DNA of 64,000 bases, taken from NCBI GenBank assembly GCA_003693705.1, contig RBZT01000607.1:1-64000 (forward strand), in the 5' to 3' direction. A model generated the notes under the pieces. The model ran no database searches. It was given only the letters and a program-made list of their open reading frames with translations, and was not told the origin of the DNA. Origin of the DNA: Polymyxa betae A26-41 (taxonomy: Eukaryota; Protista; Endomyxa: Phytomyxea). The position numbers and the translations under genes are program-made. This document shows, one piece after another, positions 36,470 through 50,744 of the stretch (position 1 is the stretch's first letter; every line of letters begins with the position of its first letter).

Positions 36470-38486
36470 ACATCTTCTCTACTTGCAGGTATCGTGTAAA
36501 TTCATTGATAGTCAAAACGATAAAAAAATCTGAAAATTTGCCATCACAAAATATCATGGAAAAATGCCCAAGTTGATGTTTCCAGTTCAACACGATCTGA
36601 AAATGTTTTTCGGTGTCATATTCTGGTCATTTTGCATTGACTAAAAACACAGAGCCTGTGGATGCTCTTTGTCATCACGATTAAGAAGGAAATATTTCGC
36701 CTTTCATTCTTTAACACGGACATTACCAATACACAGAAACAATCGAGTTTATGCTGACGGTTTCAAGAGGAAACAATTCCTCAGATAAGATCCTGTGAAC
36801 GAAAGCTTTTGTCATACTGTACTGTTTTATAAAATCGGCTTGAATAATGGCAATGGCGAGATCGAATTCCTTCCTCCAATTTTCATTGAAATTCTGCTTT
36901 AACAGCAAACAAATGTCATTCAATGTCGCTTCTCCGGTCTGGTAACGAAAAATTACTGGCTGTACTGGCCCCCAGCTGGACAGAGTTGACCATTTCATTG
37001 CGTGATGATCTGATCGCTTTTACATCCGAGGTTGGAATCTCATTTCATCGTCTTGTCTAAGGCCAGGAATCGGGCCTTATCTGGGCCTTCAGATTGGCTG
37101 CTTGCTGCCTATCCATCGATGATAGAATTCCTGGAGTTCCAGATTCCATGATAGCGGCGTCTTGGCTGTTTGATCCAACTCCAAATGCAGATCAAGAATT
37201 TTGTACTCGAAAAAGTCAGAAACCCACCCTTCGAAGAGGTTCATTGATATCGTGTTAGTAGAGGGACTTTCCCCCTCCAGAACACTCCAACTAATACTCC
37301 AAGCAGACTGAGTTTTTAGGAATCTTTCCATTTGATAACGCTCGCGATAGGAATCGCATCTCTCCGGGCTTCTTTCACCGCTCTAAAAAAGGATCCGCTC
37401 TGATAGAGGTGAAGTCGCTCGAAGCCTGTTATTGACGACCAAATTTTCGGCCTGGATTTCTGATGGCAAGATCGCGTACGCCATCAGAGAGGCTGTTAAT
37501 GGAATCACCCGTTATTTGTGGCTCTCAAGAAAGCCGCCGACGGCAACAAAGCTGCAGTCAGAATCTGTATTGACCGATGCCTTCCGTCCGGGATGTTTTC
37601 GTGGCCATGATCGGCCGCTCGGCCTTCTTCAGTCTCGACCTAAAACAGAGCTCTTTTGCTCTTCATGTTTGCATTGACACCGTTTGGCCTGAATGAGAGT
37701 CCTCTTTGATGGTCGCCGTCGCATTACTTCATCCAGGACGATATCGCGATCGGCTCCGATAACGATAATCGATGATCTCGTATTCGATCGCAATGTTTTG
37801 ATCGCTGCGGCTTAAGTAGCTGAATGTGCTCGGACACGTCCGATCCAGGACGCATTATTCATGGCTCGAATTGAAGCTTGAAAGCTTCTGTTTGGTGATT
37901 TGAAGACGATTTGATGCGAGCGTTACGGTCGTATAATTTGTATTGAATAAAATGCATCACATCATCAGCTCGGCTATCTGAAACACCCATGCTACATTCC
38001 GATCGAGAGAATCCAAAACAGAAAACAATGAGGCGGCTTTCGAAAACGAGCCTCTTTGCACGATCTGACCGTTAGCAGAGCTCTGTGATATTCGAATGGT
38101 GTTTACAAGGAAGTTACGAAATCTGATGGGTTGAGTGAATCCATTGATAAAGCGTTATCGGTGAGATGACCTCAAATCGGGATTCGACACCGGATGGGGT
38201 TGTCGCCAGATCCGGAGAGCAATATCGAACACGAAAATTGAAGCTTGACAGTAGATAAAGCGGCATTGAGCCGAATGGGCGAATGACGGGCGATTCGACC
38301 AGAACGAAATCAACGAGTTCAGGACTCTTTAGCTGAGACGACTTGTTCATATTACCGCAATTTAATTTGAAAATAAAAACTTTTCTAAAAATCACAACTA
38401 AGCGATTGTTGGGAGAAACGATGCGAAAATGAGATAGAGATTGTATTACTGAAACAATGAAGAGATATTTGAGACGGAGCGACGAT

Positions 38487-41400
38487 TTAAACAGAGACAG
38501 CAGCGGCCTGAGCAAGAACCGACGAATGCGAGATCGAGACGTTGATCGAGCGGACGCCGACCGATTCCGCGATCCGTTTCGCGTCGCCGTGCAGCACGAC
38601 GCGCGGCGCGCCGGACTCCGTGGGCAGAATCTCGATCGCCGCCATCGGAGCGGCGTCACCACGATCCCAGACCTTCTCCTGCTTGCTGGCGAAATCCGAG
38701 ATCGATTTCAGCACCGCCTCTTTGGCGCACCAACGCCCGGCGAACGACACCTTCGGATCGGGACGGCTGCGGCAATACGAGATCTCATCCGGCGTGAAAT
38801 TGCGCCTGATGAACTCCGAATCTGGATCCGGGAACTCCGAAAGCCATTCGTTGTCGCAGCCGATTCCGGACTTGACGGAGCCGCCGATCAGGTCCTTGAA
38901 CATGCGATCGAGCGGCGGTTTCGCGCCCTTTCCGTACTGCGAGAAGTTCCACGTTTGCTTGGCGGCGTCGAACTTAGCGCGCGCCAGAGGATCGAGATAG
39001 ACGGCGGATTCTTGCTCGGGCGTGAACGGCGGCGAATCCTTCAATTGAACGTAGCGGCTCGATCCGATCAACGAATCGTGCAGATAGCGATAGATTTTCT
39101 GCTCACGAACGCGACGCTTCGCCACGTACGAATCGAGCTGCGACGCCTCCAACGAGGCGAACAAAAACTTGGGATGAATCACGAGACATTCGCCGCCGAC
39201 TTGACCGAATCCGAACGATTTCAACAGACCGGCGTTGAGACCATCGGTCTGAATGCTGCGAGACGGATAGAAGACGAAGTCCATTTTCGCGAGCTTCGAT
39301 TCGATGTTATCGGCGTTGCGATTGCCGGGGATGATGCCGGTGTTCAGGACGTTCAGCATGCCGTTCAGCATCCAAGCGGCGGCGGCGCCTTTCGGATGTC
39401 CGGTCAGATACTTCTGGAAGATGGACGGAATCAGATTGCCGGCGCTGCGTCCGAGATGCGCCAGCTGCTTGTCGACGACCTCGGATTCGTTGACGTCGTT
39501 GGCTTTGGTTCCGGTGCCGTGGAACGACGCCACGTCGATATCGTCGACCGTGAGACCGTAAACCGCGAGCGCGGCGCGCAGCGGCGAGATCGTCGGATCG
39601 TCCTTCGCGAAATCGTGCGACCACAACGCCAACGTCGCTTTGTACTCGCGTTCGGATTGTTGCTGAATGAACGTCGCGCCTTCGTCGATGAACAGTTGTC
39701 GCTCCGAAGCCGGCAACGTCTCGGCTTCGCTCAGCAACGCTTCCATCTCGGCATCAGCGCGCTCCTTGATCTGCCGACGGCTTAACTTCAGCCGATCGGA
39801 GCGGAACTTGAAGTCAAGAAGGCGCGAACGCCGGGACGATTTTGATTCGCGCGCGGTCGTCAGAACGCCTTGGCCGGGAGCGGGAACCGAACGCCCGACT
39901 TTGTCCATGGCCGTGGCCGTATGAGCGATGATTCCGTAGATCGGGACGCCCATCTCAATGGCGATCTTCGCCGTCATCAAGACATGAACGCCGGCGCCAT
40001 GCGACTCCATGAATCCGCCGCGCGACGACGTCGCCGGGCGCGACATCTCACGAGGCTCGCGACCTTGAGCGAGTTCGTGAACGCTGTTCGAAGTGGCGCC
40101 GATGTTGCCGAACTCCTGGCTGCTTTCTTCGGTGAAGTCGTCGTAGCCGCCGCAGATCACGATCGAGGCTTTCCCGCTCAGCAGGGTATCGACGCCGATC
40201 TCGACCGATTGCACGGCCGTGGCGCAGGCGCCGACCGGGCTCTTGATAGGACCGGCGCTGGACAGCAGCAGCAGATTGACCCAGGCGGGCATCGTGTTAA
40301 TGAAGCTCTCTTGCAGGACGTCTTTCTGCACCTGCTTGTCCAGGAAACGTTCGCGGAAGATGCCGCGAAGGGCGTGCATGCCGCCGATGCCGCCGCCGCA
40401 CGTGTTCCCGACGCTGCTGACGTGAACGTATTCGTAGAATTCGTACGGATCGGTGATACCCGACGAGACGAGGGCGTCGACGGTCGAGACGAGCACGTAG
40501 AGCGTGACCGGATCGACCTGATCGACGATGTCTTTCGGGACGCCGTAACGCTCGGCGTCCCAGCCGGTGGGAATCTGTCCGGCGACGAGACGATCGAAAC
40601 GCAGCGCCTTCGGGATGTACAAGGTCGCGCCCTTCTTCAGACGAACGTTGAACTGCGACGATCCTTCGACCGGGAAGATGTCGACGAAGGCGCCGTGCTG
40701 CAATCGGAAGCTGTCGGCTTCGGCGCGCGAGCATTCGAACGCGGGCATCTCGCTGTTGATCACGACCTCTTGCAGGAGCAGCTTCTTGTCCGGATCGCAA
40801 CCGTTGAACAGCTGCGGCTCGATCAGACGGATTCCGGTGTGCTTCAGGATGCGCTCTTCATATAGGCGTTTGATATCGTATTCGCGGAGCGGCTCGTCCG
40901 AGGCCGAATCGACCCAGCCCGAGAACGACGTCCCGTCCTTGTTACGACGATTGGCGACGTACTTGATGTAGCCCATGATCCAGGCCAGCTCGATGCAGCC
41001 TTCCAGCGAGAACTCGCCGAACGCTTCCATCTCCCAGCGAGTGCGGGCGTTGCCGTACGGACCGACCTCGCCGAACCCGGTCACGACGATGACACGATCC
41101 AGGTCCAGCATTCCCTTCATGTAATCGATCGATTTCAGATCCGTGGGCAGATCGGGGAGATCGAAGGCGAGATTCGAGCGCGGTTGGATTGATGGGGATT
41201 TGGCGGCGACGAAATCAGGGCCTTGGACGAGTTTGGCTTCGGCGCGATCTTCGTGAAGAACGGCTTTACGAACGGAGGCGGATTGCATAAACGACGAACG
41301 AATCTCCATGGAAAGCGTCTTGAGATTGGCGATCGATTTCATGCCGCCGCTGAGATCGGCGAACAGCGGCGCCTGCTGCGATAAACGCACCATCAACGGA

Positions 41401-44400
41401 TGCATGAGCGCGATCAGGTTGAACGTCATCTCGTTGGTGCTGAACGTGCGACAGCCGCGAGCCTCGATTCCTTCCGCGACGAGATTGTTGTCGCTCATGA
41501 GACGGGTTCCGCGAGTCCATCCGATCACGGCGCCAACAACCGTGAGGAAATCGCTCCAGTCTTCCGACTCCCATCGATTCAGCAACGACTCCAGACCGAT
41601 CTTCGATTCCGAATAGAGACCATCGTTGCCGAAGACGCCGTGATTCGGAGACAACGGCAGAATGACCTGCGCAGGGCGCGTGCGCTGATTCAGCGATTGC
41701 TTCTTGGCGGCGACGTTCCCGAGAAGACGGTAGAGATTCGTCAACATGATCCGATGAGCGAGTTCCGATCGCGAATCGATGTTGAGCAGCGAACGGCCGT
41801 TCTCGGAGATCGCCGCGAATGGAATAATGTAGTCGAGGTCGACGCCGAGACCCTTCTTCGACGAATCGTAAATGAAGTCGATGAGGGCGTCCACATCCTG
41901 CTTCGAGCCTTGATTGAACTGCAATACGGTGAGACTCGATCCCGTCGAGCCATGATTCTCGTAAATCTCGCGGAAGTAATCGTGAACGGGTTTAAACAAA
42001 CGAGAGGTGGTGGCGATAACCTGAGAGGAAAGGGTTAGGGTTTAGGGTTGGCAGAGAGCGATCATGGTCACCTTGGCACCAGCAGCGAGAAGAGCTTTGA
42101 CGAGATCGCCGCCGATCGATCCAGCGCCGCATCCCGTAACGAGAACGTTCTTGCCATGGAAAGAGACGCCGCCGACCATGGACTCGAGAACATCGAAGAA
42201 CGTGTTGGTCATGGATTGGTCGAAGGTCCATTGGCTCGGATCACGCTGATCGCGAGATGAAAGAAAGATTAAAGGTTGCTTGGCGCCGTCGCTGGAAAGC
42301 TTCATCTCGCGAACGTAATCTGCGAACGAGTTAACGCCAGGGCGATGGACTTCGCTGTAGACGGCGTCGCCGCTCTCAGCAATTGACATTCGCGGACCCG
42401 TCGGAATAGAAACTGAAAGAAAAAGTTAAAAACGGCAGCCGGGGTTAGGGTTTAGGGTTTACCTTCGCGATACAGAGGCAGGGCGCCCTGAGCGTCTTCG
42501 ACGAGTTTAATGAGCGTTTGTGCGAAGGTTTTCGCCTGTTCGTTTCCGCGAGCAGGATCGAGAACGCGACACATCAGATAGCGAAGATGCTGTACTAAGC
42601 GCCCGTTGGATCGATTGATCAATTGAAGGCATTCAGCAGAGACATCGCCATTGATGCGGCCGGAAACGAGGTCAAACAGGACGCGAAAGGCTTCTTGATG
42701 CGACCAGTTCCAGTAGCTGTCGTATTGACGGATCTTCAACGGATCGAACGACGGTCGAATGCCTTCAGCGTAATCAGAGCCGTGCTCGGCGATCCAGAGA
42801 TCGAGCTCGGTGACGGCCTGGCGATGAGCAGCTTCCTCTTTGTCGAGATCATCGTAGCCTTCGCGTAGATTCAAGCCGAGATAACGAGCGTGCGATTCGA
42901 GCTGATCGCGGATTTGAGCGTCCATTCGCAGCTGCATCTGGACGAGCTCGGCGCTGCTGACGGCCGCGACTTGAGCGTTTTGCGATTCCGACGACGACTG
43001 CAATGAGACGACGACGCCCGTCATCTTGCAGTAGGATTCGACAACCGATGAGATCCAGAGCTGGACGTCGCTTTCGGAGGATAAACGGCTGCTGGGCTCC
43101 ATGGTGACTGCATGAAGCAGAACGCCATCGGATCGCTGAGGACCCAGACCGTACGATTTCGAGAGCAGCGATTTGACGGCGGACAGCCCGAAACCGGCGG
43201 GAAACTTGTTGCTGAGCAGCTTGTTCACCAATCCGGTCGTGTAGCTGCCGAGAGCGCCGTTATGAACCGGAGCCAGAAGAGCGGCTAATGCATCCAGAGG
43301 GAGTTCCTCGGATTTGTCGGGAACCAGATCGCTGCCGAACTCTTTCGCCAGATCTCCGAGCATCTCGTTCTGCATGGTGGATTTGCCGCCGACAACGTCC
43401 TTGATCGATTGATTTAGAGCAACGTTGGGAGCAGAGCGTTTCAGCTTATGAGCGATGATGGAGCGAAGAACTTCCGATGCGGAAATGGGAGCATCACTGA
43501 AAGCAAACAATGTCAGAAACAGGTTCGAAAGTAGGAGCAAACCAGACCGTTTCCTTAGGGTTCTAAACCCTAACCCCCCATGAACAAATAAAACAGAAAG
43601 AAACAGGATGAACAAGTAAAACCGATAAAAACACGATAAAAAGATAAAACACGATGAAAATATAAAAATAATCAAGATGAAGATAAATGGCCAAATCTTA
43701 CGTAATGGGCGCTACTGACGAAGCAGCGGGAGCACTAACTTGGACAGGAGCAGCGACAGGAACAGATGGCGCGGAAGCAGCAGCAGGCGCTGGATTAGCT
43801 TCCTGAGCGGGAGCAGCAGGCGCCTCTGTTTCCACATTCTCGAAATAGATCGCATCGCGATCGCGAACGTAACACAGATTCGAACGACGAATGCTATTAG
43901 CGACATCGACTCTTCCGAACTTCGCCTTCAGCGTCTTGTCGGCCATACCGCTGAGAACCGGTCCAGGACCGATCTCGATCACGCGCTCAGCTCGGCACGT
44001 TGTGTACAGCTGAACCTGTGTTTGAATCCATAAAACCGGAGACGCGAACTGATACGCCAACAGTTCGATCAACAGAATGCGACAGAGTTGCTGCTGCTCC
44101 GAAGGCGTCGAGTACGACTCGTCCGTCCAGGCTTCGAGAATCGTCTGTAAAGTTTCGCTGTTGGTCGCCTTGTAGACGCGCTCGATATAATCGGGCGTGA
44201 GATCGAACGGCTCGGCGATTACGTTGGGAATGTAGCGATGACGAAGGAGGCTGACATCGATGAGCGATTCTTTGATACGCGAGGAGAGATAATGACGGAA
44301 GGCAGGGACGCCGGATTTCAGGAAATTCGAATGGAAAGGGACGTCGATTCCAGCGAGGGGAATCGAGGCGAATCCACGCTGCAAAGCGACGAACGACGTG

Positions 44401-47400
44401 CCGGGTTCGCAACGAGATTTGACGCCCTGGACGATTTGCGCAACGCGAGGAGAAACGCGACGAGCGATTTCGGTCGGCGAAAGATCCAAAAGCAATTTCA
44501 GATCGTATTTGCCCGAGCTGAACAAGTTCAGAATCTCCTTGAGCGTCTCGAGACTGATCAGGTCGCCGGCGACGACGTATTGTTGACCTTCGACGTTGTA
44601 GTTGACGATCTCCAGCAATCCCTTCGATTCGATGCCGATGAAGCTGACGACCATCTGGAGCATTCGCTCATTGAACAGCTTCGGATTGACGCGCATCGGG
44701 TTGACCGCCACCATTCCATAGTTGGAGCGTCCGTTCGAATCGCGAGGAACAGCCGATTGCATGCTGAGGCCACGATAGAATACGACGTCCACCAACGTCT
44801 CGATCGAGAGGACATCCGCGACCGATGTCAAAGCGCTGTATTCACCGAGAGAGTGACCAGCGAAGGCGCAATCAGCAGGAATGAGTCCCTTCGATTTCAT
44901 GTCCTCGAACGCAGCCTTCTCCATCAATGTTAACGCCGGCTGTGTGAACTGCGTCGACGACAGCAGCCCATCGGGCGACACGAACGTGTAGCTTTCGGTG
45001 TGTTCGGTGATCTCCGGGAACAGCGGCTTCTTCACGGACGCGCCATCGGGCAGGACGACATCGACGGACAGCGCCTGATAGTTGCTGCGGATCTTCGCGC
45101 CGCGACGATTGCCGAAATACACGGTGCGCTGCGTCGGGTTGTTCCGAACGATATCGAGAATAGAGACGCCGTACAGGTCCATGAAATGTTTGTCCGCACG
45201 GTCCCAGATCGAGCGGGCGATGGGCGACGAGTCGTACAGGTCCATGCCCATGCCTTTCGACTGCGATCCTTGACCGGTGAACACGAACGCCGTCGGCGGT
45301 TGATCGACCTCGGCGGTGCCTTCCAGTACGACCGAGCCGTCCTCTTTAACGGTGACGATTTTGATCAGCTTCTTGCCATCTTCCATGCCGATGTGCGTCA
45401 ATCGGGTTTCGAGCTTCTCGTCCGGCAGAAGCATGCTGACGAAATTGACGGAATAGGCGCGGACGGCGTCGGGTTTGTTGTCGGCAGCGAACATCTCCAC
45501 CCATTTCTTCGTGGCGGCGCTCGTCCACATTCCATGCGTGATGGTGCCGGGAAGTTCAGCGAGCGCAGCGACGTAGGCATTGGTGTGGATGGGATTGACG
45601 TCGCCGGAGACACGAGCGTAGGCCGAATTGCACGAGGGCGACGAGAACGCCGACGAGAATGCCGCAGCCGCCGGAATCACGGAATATCCGCCCGAAGCGA
45701 ACAAATGCTTCGGATCGAGATTCGATCCGTGACGCGCCAGGTACTGCACGACCGGGTCGCCGTAGCTGATACCGCTCTTCTCGTAGGAAACGTGGCCGAT
45801 CGCGACCGATTCTGTGCCGGAGATGAGCATGGAGACGGTCCCGTTGGTGATCACTTTGCTATAGGCGGATTGATCGGCGTATTCGTAATACGAATCCAGG
45901 CGGAAGACGAGCGTGGATCCGACACCGATTGCGGGAGCTCCGGGCGTTGCGACGAACCACGGACGCGATTCGAGAACGGAAACGTCGTCCTGAGTCTTCA
46001 GCTCGACATTGACGGGATTGTGGGCGATTCTCTCGAACGTGTTCTGGAAGTCGGAGAAGGAGCCGCGATAACAGAATCGGGTGACGACTTCAATGACAGG
46101 TTTGGAATTGCAGAAGACGGTGCCCTTCACTTGCAGAATCTTTCCAGATTTCGTGTTGACGACCGACTCGATCTGCGAAGAGGCGTGGACAACGTCGCCT
46201 TCGCGTAATCCGTTCACAGCGGGATCCAGCATGCGGAAGCTGTTCGAAAGGTGAACGAGCTTGAGAATGTCGGCGTCGATGAACTCGGCGAAAAGCGCGC
46301 AGATGATGCTCTTCCAGCCGGCGACGATCGCGTAATCCATCGGAGCGGACAGCTGGTCTTGGGCAACATACGACTCGGCCTGATTTCCGACACAGCGGCA
46401 GAATGACAAAATGTCGCCGCGAGTGATCGTGTGCTCAGCAGAAACGAATTTCGAGTCGCGGTCGTACATTGGAATGGGCAATTCTCCAACCCAAAGGCGG
46501 TAGTAAAACTCCTTAATGCGATCATTGCGACCCTGCAAACAACTTAGAAAACAAACCTCTGCATGATAAACAAACAAACCTCCATAATTTCATGAATCGG
46601 CGCGTAAGCTTGGCCAGGAACATATTCGAACTTGAGAACGAGCTCGGCCGATCCACGATCTCCGCTTTCGAAAAACGAGACGTCAATCAAAGGAGACGAA
46701 AAGGTGGCTCGGACGAAAACGGCATCGCCTTCGCGAATTTCGATACCGATTGGGTTGGAATCGTCACCAAATTCAACCTTGATCACCTGGCCACGACGAG
46801 GCCCGAAAACACGTTGAAACGGATTCGGAGAAGAGCGTTTTCCTTGGAAGATCGATTTGGAAGTGAGCAGCGAACGCAGCCAGCTCGCAGAAGGTCCGCT
46901 GACGAAGTCGAGCCATTCGTCGGGTTCAGGAAGACGGGCATCGCTTTGCGAAAGATAATAGGTGGTCGAACGCTGGTTGGACGAGAGAGCAACGCCTTGA
47001 GGAACGCAGCGCCGTTTCGAGTTTCCAGAATCGCCGAGAAACTCAACAACCGGGACCATGTTGAGATCGTTGTTGTATTGCCGCTCGAGAAGAGCTGCAA
47101 TATGACCTTCAACAATCGAGTCCATGATGACGCCGACAGGCTCGTCAACGACACGAGAATGTTTGACGGCAACAGGACCTTGGAGAATGCAGACTCGTTG
47201 CGGATCGTGATCGACAACAGCATCGAGGTCTTCAGCTTGCCAAAGACTATCCTTCTTGAACCAGGTCTCGAAGCTTTGGTCCAAAACCGGGATGAAGGGG
47301 ACGGGCTTTTGGCCGCGCCGCGAACAGATCGTGAAGAAGTAACCAACATCCTCGCTGGTCAGCAGCTGTTTCGTCGCCTGAGGGAACTTCTTGGCGAAAA

Positions 47401-50400
47401 GCGACACGATCGAATCGGGCTGAAGCAGGTCGTCGGCGGATTGCAACAGGCTCTGATCAGATGCGTCCAGAAAGCGCTCCTGAATGCGGATTAAGAAGTC
47501 GAAGACGATGGTGCGGTAGCTCGAATGGATCCATCCATGATTGTTGTACCGGACGAACATCAGCTCGATCATGCGATTGACGACCTCCAGATAGGTCATG
47601 TCTTGAACATCAGCGACGGAGCCGTCCGAGCGACGACCGAACCAGGGCTTCTGGAAATCAGCATTAAGGCGCTTGATGATATAATCCTTCTTGTTGACGA
47701 GAGCAGCTGCGCGTTTCTCAGGCGTCAAACTGAAGATCGTATCGTCGAACTCTTTCCAGAGCAAAACGCCGCGGGTCGCCACCTTGTGAATTGGCTCTCC
47801 CAGCTCGCTCTTAACCGTGATCACGCCACCGGTGACTTTCTCGTAACTTTCGACCCATTTGGATTCGTCTTCGATACCGCTGGCGGCGACGATACAGTCC
47901 TTGGCGCCTTTGCTGGTTTTGGCTTCGCGAGCGACCATCAGCCGTGATCCCATTAGAAGGCCATCCACAGGCATGGAAGGATATCCGAAAGGAACGCTCC
48001 ATTCTCCGGTAAGATAACGAAGCGAGCCATCGGCGTCACCGATTCCGCTGCCGAACACGAGAATCAGGTTGGACTGGCGACGAATGCTCGAATACGTCTC
48101 GAGGAGAGGAAGATGGGCGTCTTCAAAGCCATGATGACCTCCAGCACGTCCTCCGGTCCATTGAAGAATGACGGGGAAATCGGGACAAGCGCTCGCTATG
48201 CGAACGACTTGCTGGATGGCATCGATGCTTCCGGGCTTGAAAGCGATATGTTTCAAGCCGGCGTCTTTCATAGCGTTGACGATCTCGATGGCTTTCTCGT
48301 GCGAAGGAACACCCGCAGCCACGCAAATGCCTTCGATTGGAACACCTTCTTTCTTCATACGAAGAGCGAGAGGGAACTGGAATCCCCATTGCGCTTGGTT
48401 CAGGTAGAGGATGTTCAATGTGATCGACTCTCCGGCGGGAACTTGTCGGAGGATGTCATCAATGGTACGACGAAGAGATCCTTCATTGTAGTGTCCACCA
48501 CCGGCGAGTTCAACGTGATAGCCGGCGTTCACCGTAGCAGCAACGAATTGAGAGTTGACAGTCGTTGGGGTCATGCCAGCCACCATCAACGGCGGTTTCC
48601 CAACAACGCGACTGAAACCGGTGTCAAGGCGAACTTTCCCATCGCTAAAAACAAAAAATCAATAAATATCATTCGGTGGTTTGCGATGACGTACTGTTTT
48701 GTTCGGACCAGCTTGGGACGATATTCGTTCTTCCAGTTAACGGAGCGGATCGGGGTGGAGGCATCGTGCAGAAACTGGGTCTTGGTCATGAACGAATTGT
48801 TTGTGGAGTCCAACGATCCCATTAGGACGATTTGGACGCCGGTGCCATCCAGATTACGATGCGTTAGAGCGCCGATGCCGGTTGAACCACCAGGCCCGAA
48901 ATCAAGGATATGAGTAGCGCCGGTAGATGATGAGGCTTTCTCCCAGAGGACAGGTTTGCAGCAGATTTGTTCGGCGAGTGAAAGGGAGAGATTCTCACTG
49001 AAGCGAAGATCAACGCCAGAATCCGTGGAATAGACCGGAACAGAAAGCTTTTCAGCTGGAAAACTGAGGTCGAAGCGCTCGATATCATCAGCGATGAGGT
49101 CGAGAGCGTCTTTCAGAAAGTCGGTGTGAAACGGAACCGAAATCGAAAGGAATCTGGTCGAAAGCTTCAAGAGGCGTTTGTTGAAGGGAACGCGGCTCTC
49201 ATCTTGTCCAGGTTTCGCTTCCATCTTGAGGAGCGCCACGTTCAAGCCGTGCAAACTCTGCGGATGCCCAGCGCAAACGAACGCTCGTGGACCGTTGAGA
49301 AGCGAGACGATTATACGGCGGTTGCCAGGGAGAAGGTTGTTGTGCTCGTTAACCAGCTTGAGGAGAACGTCGTAACTCAGGTTGGTTACCGACAACATCG
49401 GAGTCGGAGCGCCATCATCGCTATCGAAAGATTCCTTGAGAATGTTGGGACTGAGCGTTGTCACAGGATAGGTTTGCTGGGAGCGGCAACCGATCCAGAA
49501 CAGCAGCAACAGAGCACGTCGAGAGTTTTCGAAAAACTCTTCCTCGGTGTCGGAAGCAGAAATAGCGACCGCAGCAACAATTCCTTGAGAATGACCGGCG
49601 GCGCCTGAAAAACATTTGAGTGAAATTAAATGAAAAAAAAATGCGAAAATACCGATGAAATAGCTCTTCAACTGCTTGGGGGAAATGTCCAAGATTTTGA
49701 ACAGCACGTAATAGTTGAGGAGCTGCGACAGGCCGATCAGGGGCAGGCTGACTGGAGCGGCGATAAGATAATCCGATGAGGGACGATGTTCAGGGGAATG
49801 AATCCATGTTAGAACATCGAGCCCATCAGGATAGAGCTCCATCGCGAGAGGGTGCGAAGCTTGCGAACGCAATGCATTGGCCATCTTCTCAACGTATTGG
49901 TCAACAAATACGGGGTATGTCTTGACGATATCGAGGAGCTCGTCAAAATAGTAATCGGCACCTTGGCCTCCAAAAATGGCGAGCAAGGATGCTTTGCCAT
50001 CCTTGGAAGCTTGGAACAATCCCGGTTTGGGTGCAGCCAAAACGTCGACGGTTGGCGAACCAGGATCTGGCGACTTAACGTTTAATGGAAGCTGTCCGAG
50101 CTGTCGAAGGCACCAACTAGATTTGTAGAAGACACCAATGACGAATTGCCGAAGCGGAAGAGGAAGGTTTTGGCTCGCAGCATGGACATTGTTGTTACGT
50201 TGCAGGAATTGCAAGCAATATTCTTGCAGCAACGAGGTCAGGATGCGCTTAGATGTTGCCAAGGGAATATCGATCTTTGCGTGAAGGATCTGAAAGACGA
50301 CGAATTGCAGGAAGCATGTAGCGAGACGAACCCGACGTTCTTGCTCGGTAGTGGCGATAACACCATTGAAATGCTGAACGACATCTTCATGCATGAAACG

Positions 50401-50649
50401 ATCCCGAAACAGATCGGCAGCGTGAAAATCTTGGGTTATGATCGGAAAGCTGACATACACTGGTGGCTCCATCGTCGTCTCGTCAATCGACAGCAGTCGG
50501 TTCGAAATGGCACTGGGCGCGCCAAGCACAGACTTCGGAGAAGTATCGGCATCAACGAACTTATCGAGCGTCAGCGGGTGATGCACGCCTGCCATGGATG
50601 CAGGGCCGTTGCCCAGCGTGGCGAGGCCGAATTCCGTTCCAAACGTCAT
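38487..50649 (-). CDS. FAS: Single-chain fungal-type fatty acid synthase (FAS1+FAS2 fused: AT-ER-DH-MPT-ACP-KR-KS-PPT), about 3903 aa
   Basis: Motifs GHSQG (AT), GGRAGGHH (ER), DVNPIH/HGMW (DH), GHSLGEY (MPT), GGKSTMQNE (ACP), GCGAGSIG and YSESK (KR), GACATA, HGTGT and GHPKGA (KS), GIGCDNE...AGRWCAKEA (PPT). Introns 49605-49652, 48645-48694, 46533-46579, 43497-43701, 42413-42462 and 42021-42071 give an 11712-nt in-frame CDS. Confidence 0.97.
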
Positions 50650-50744
50650 GGAGACGGAGAAGCAAGATTCAATTGATCCTGCGAGTGGTTACGTCGTGAC
50701 GGCAATCGATAGCGCCGCCACGGCGTACTGGGGATGCAATGTCA

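Noticed and set aside
38028-38080. Possible further BTB relic (FENEP...DLTV)
   Set aside because: Too short and needs a frameshift; no downstream BTB motifs.
38457-50676. Long plus-strand ORFs (e.g. 38457-39785, 39870-40865, 45000-46208)
   Set aside because: Antisense shadows of the codon-biased FAS gene, with no domain signal.
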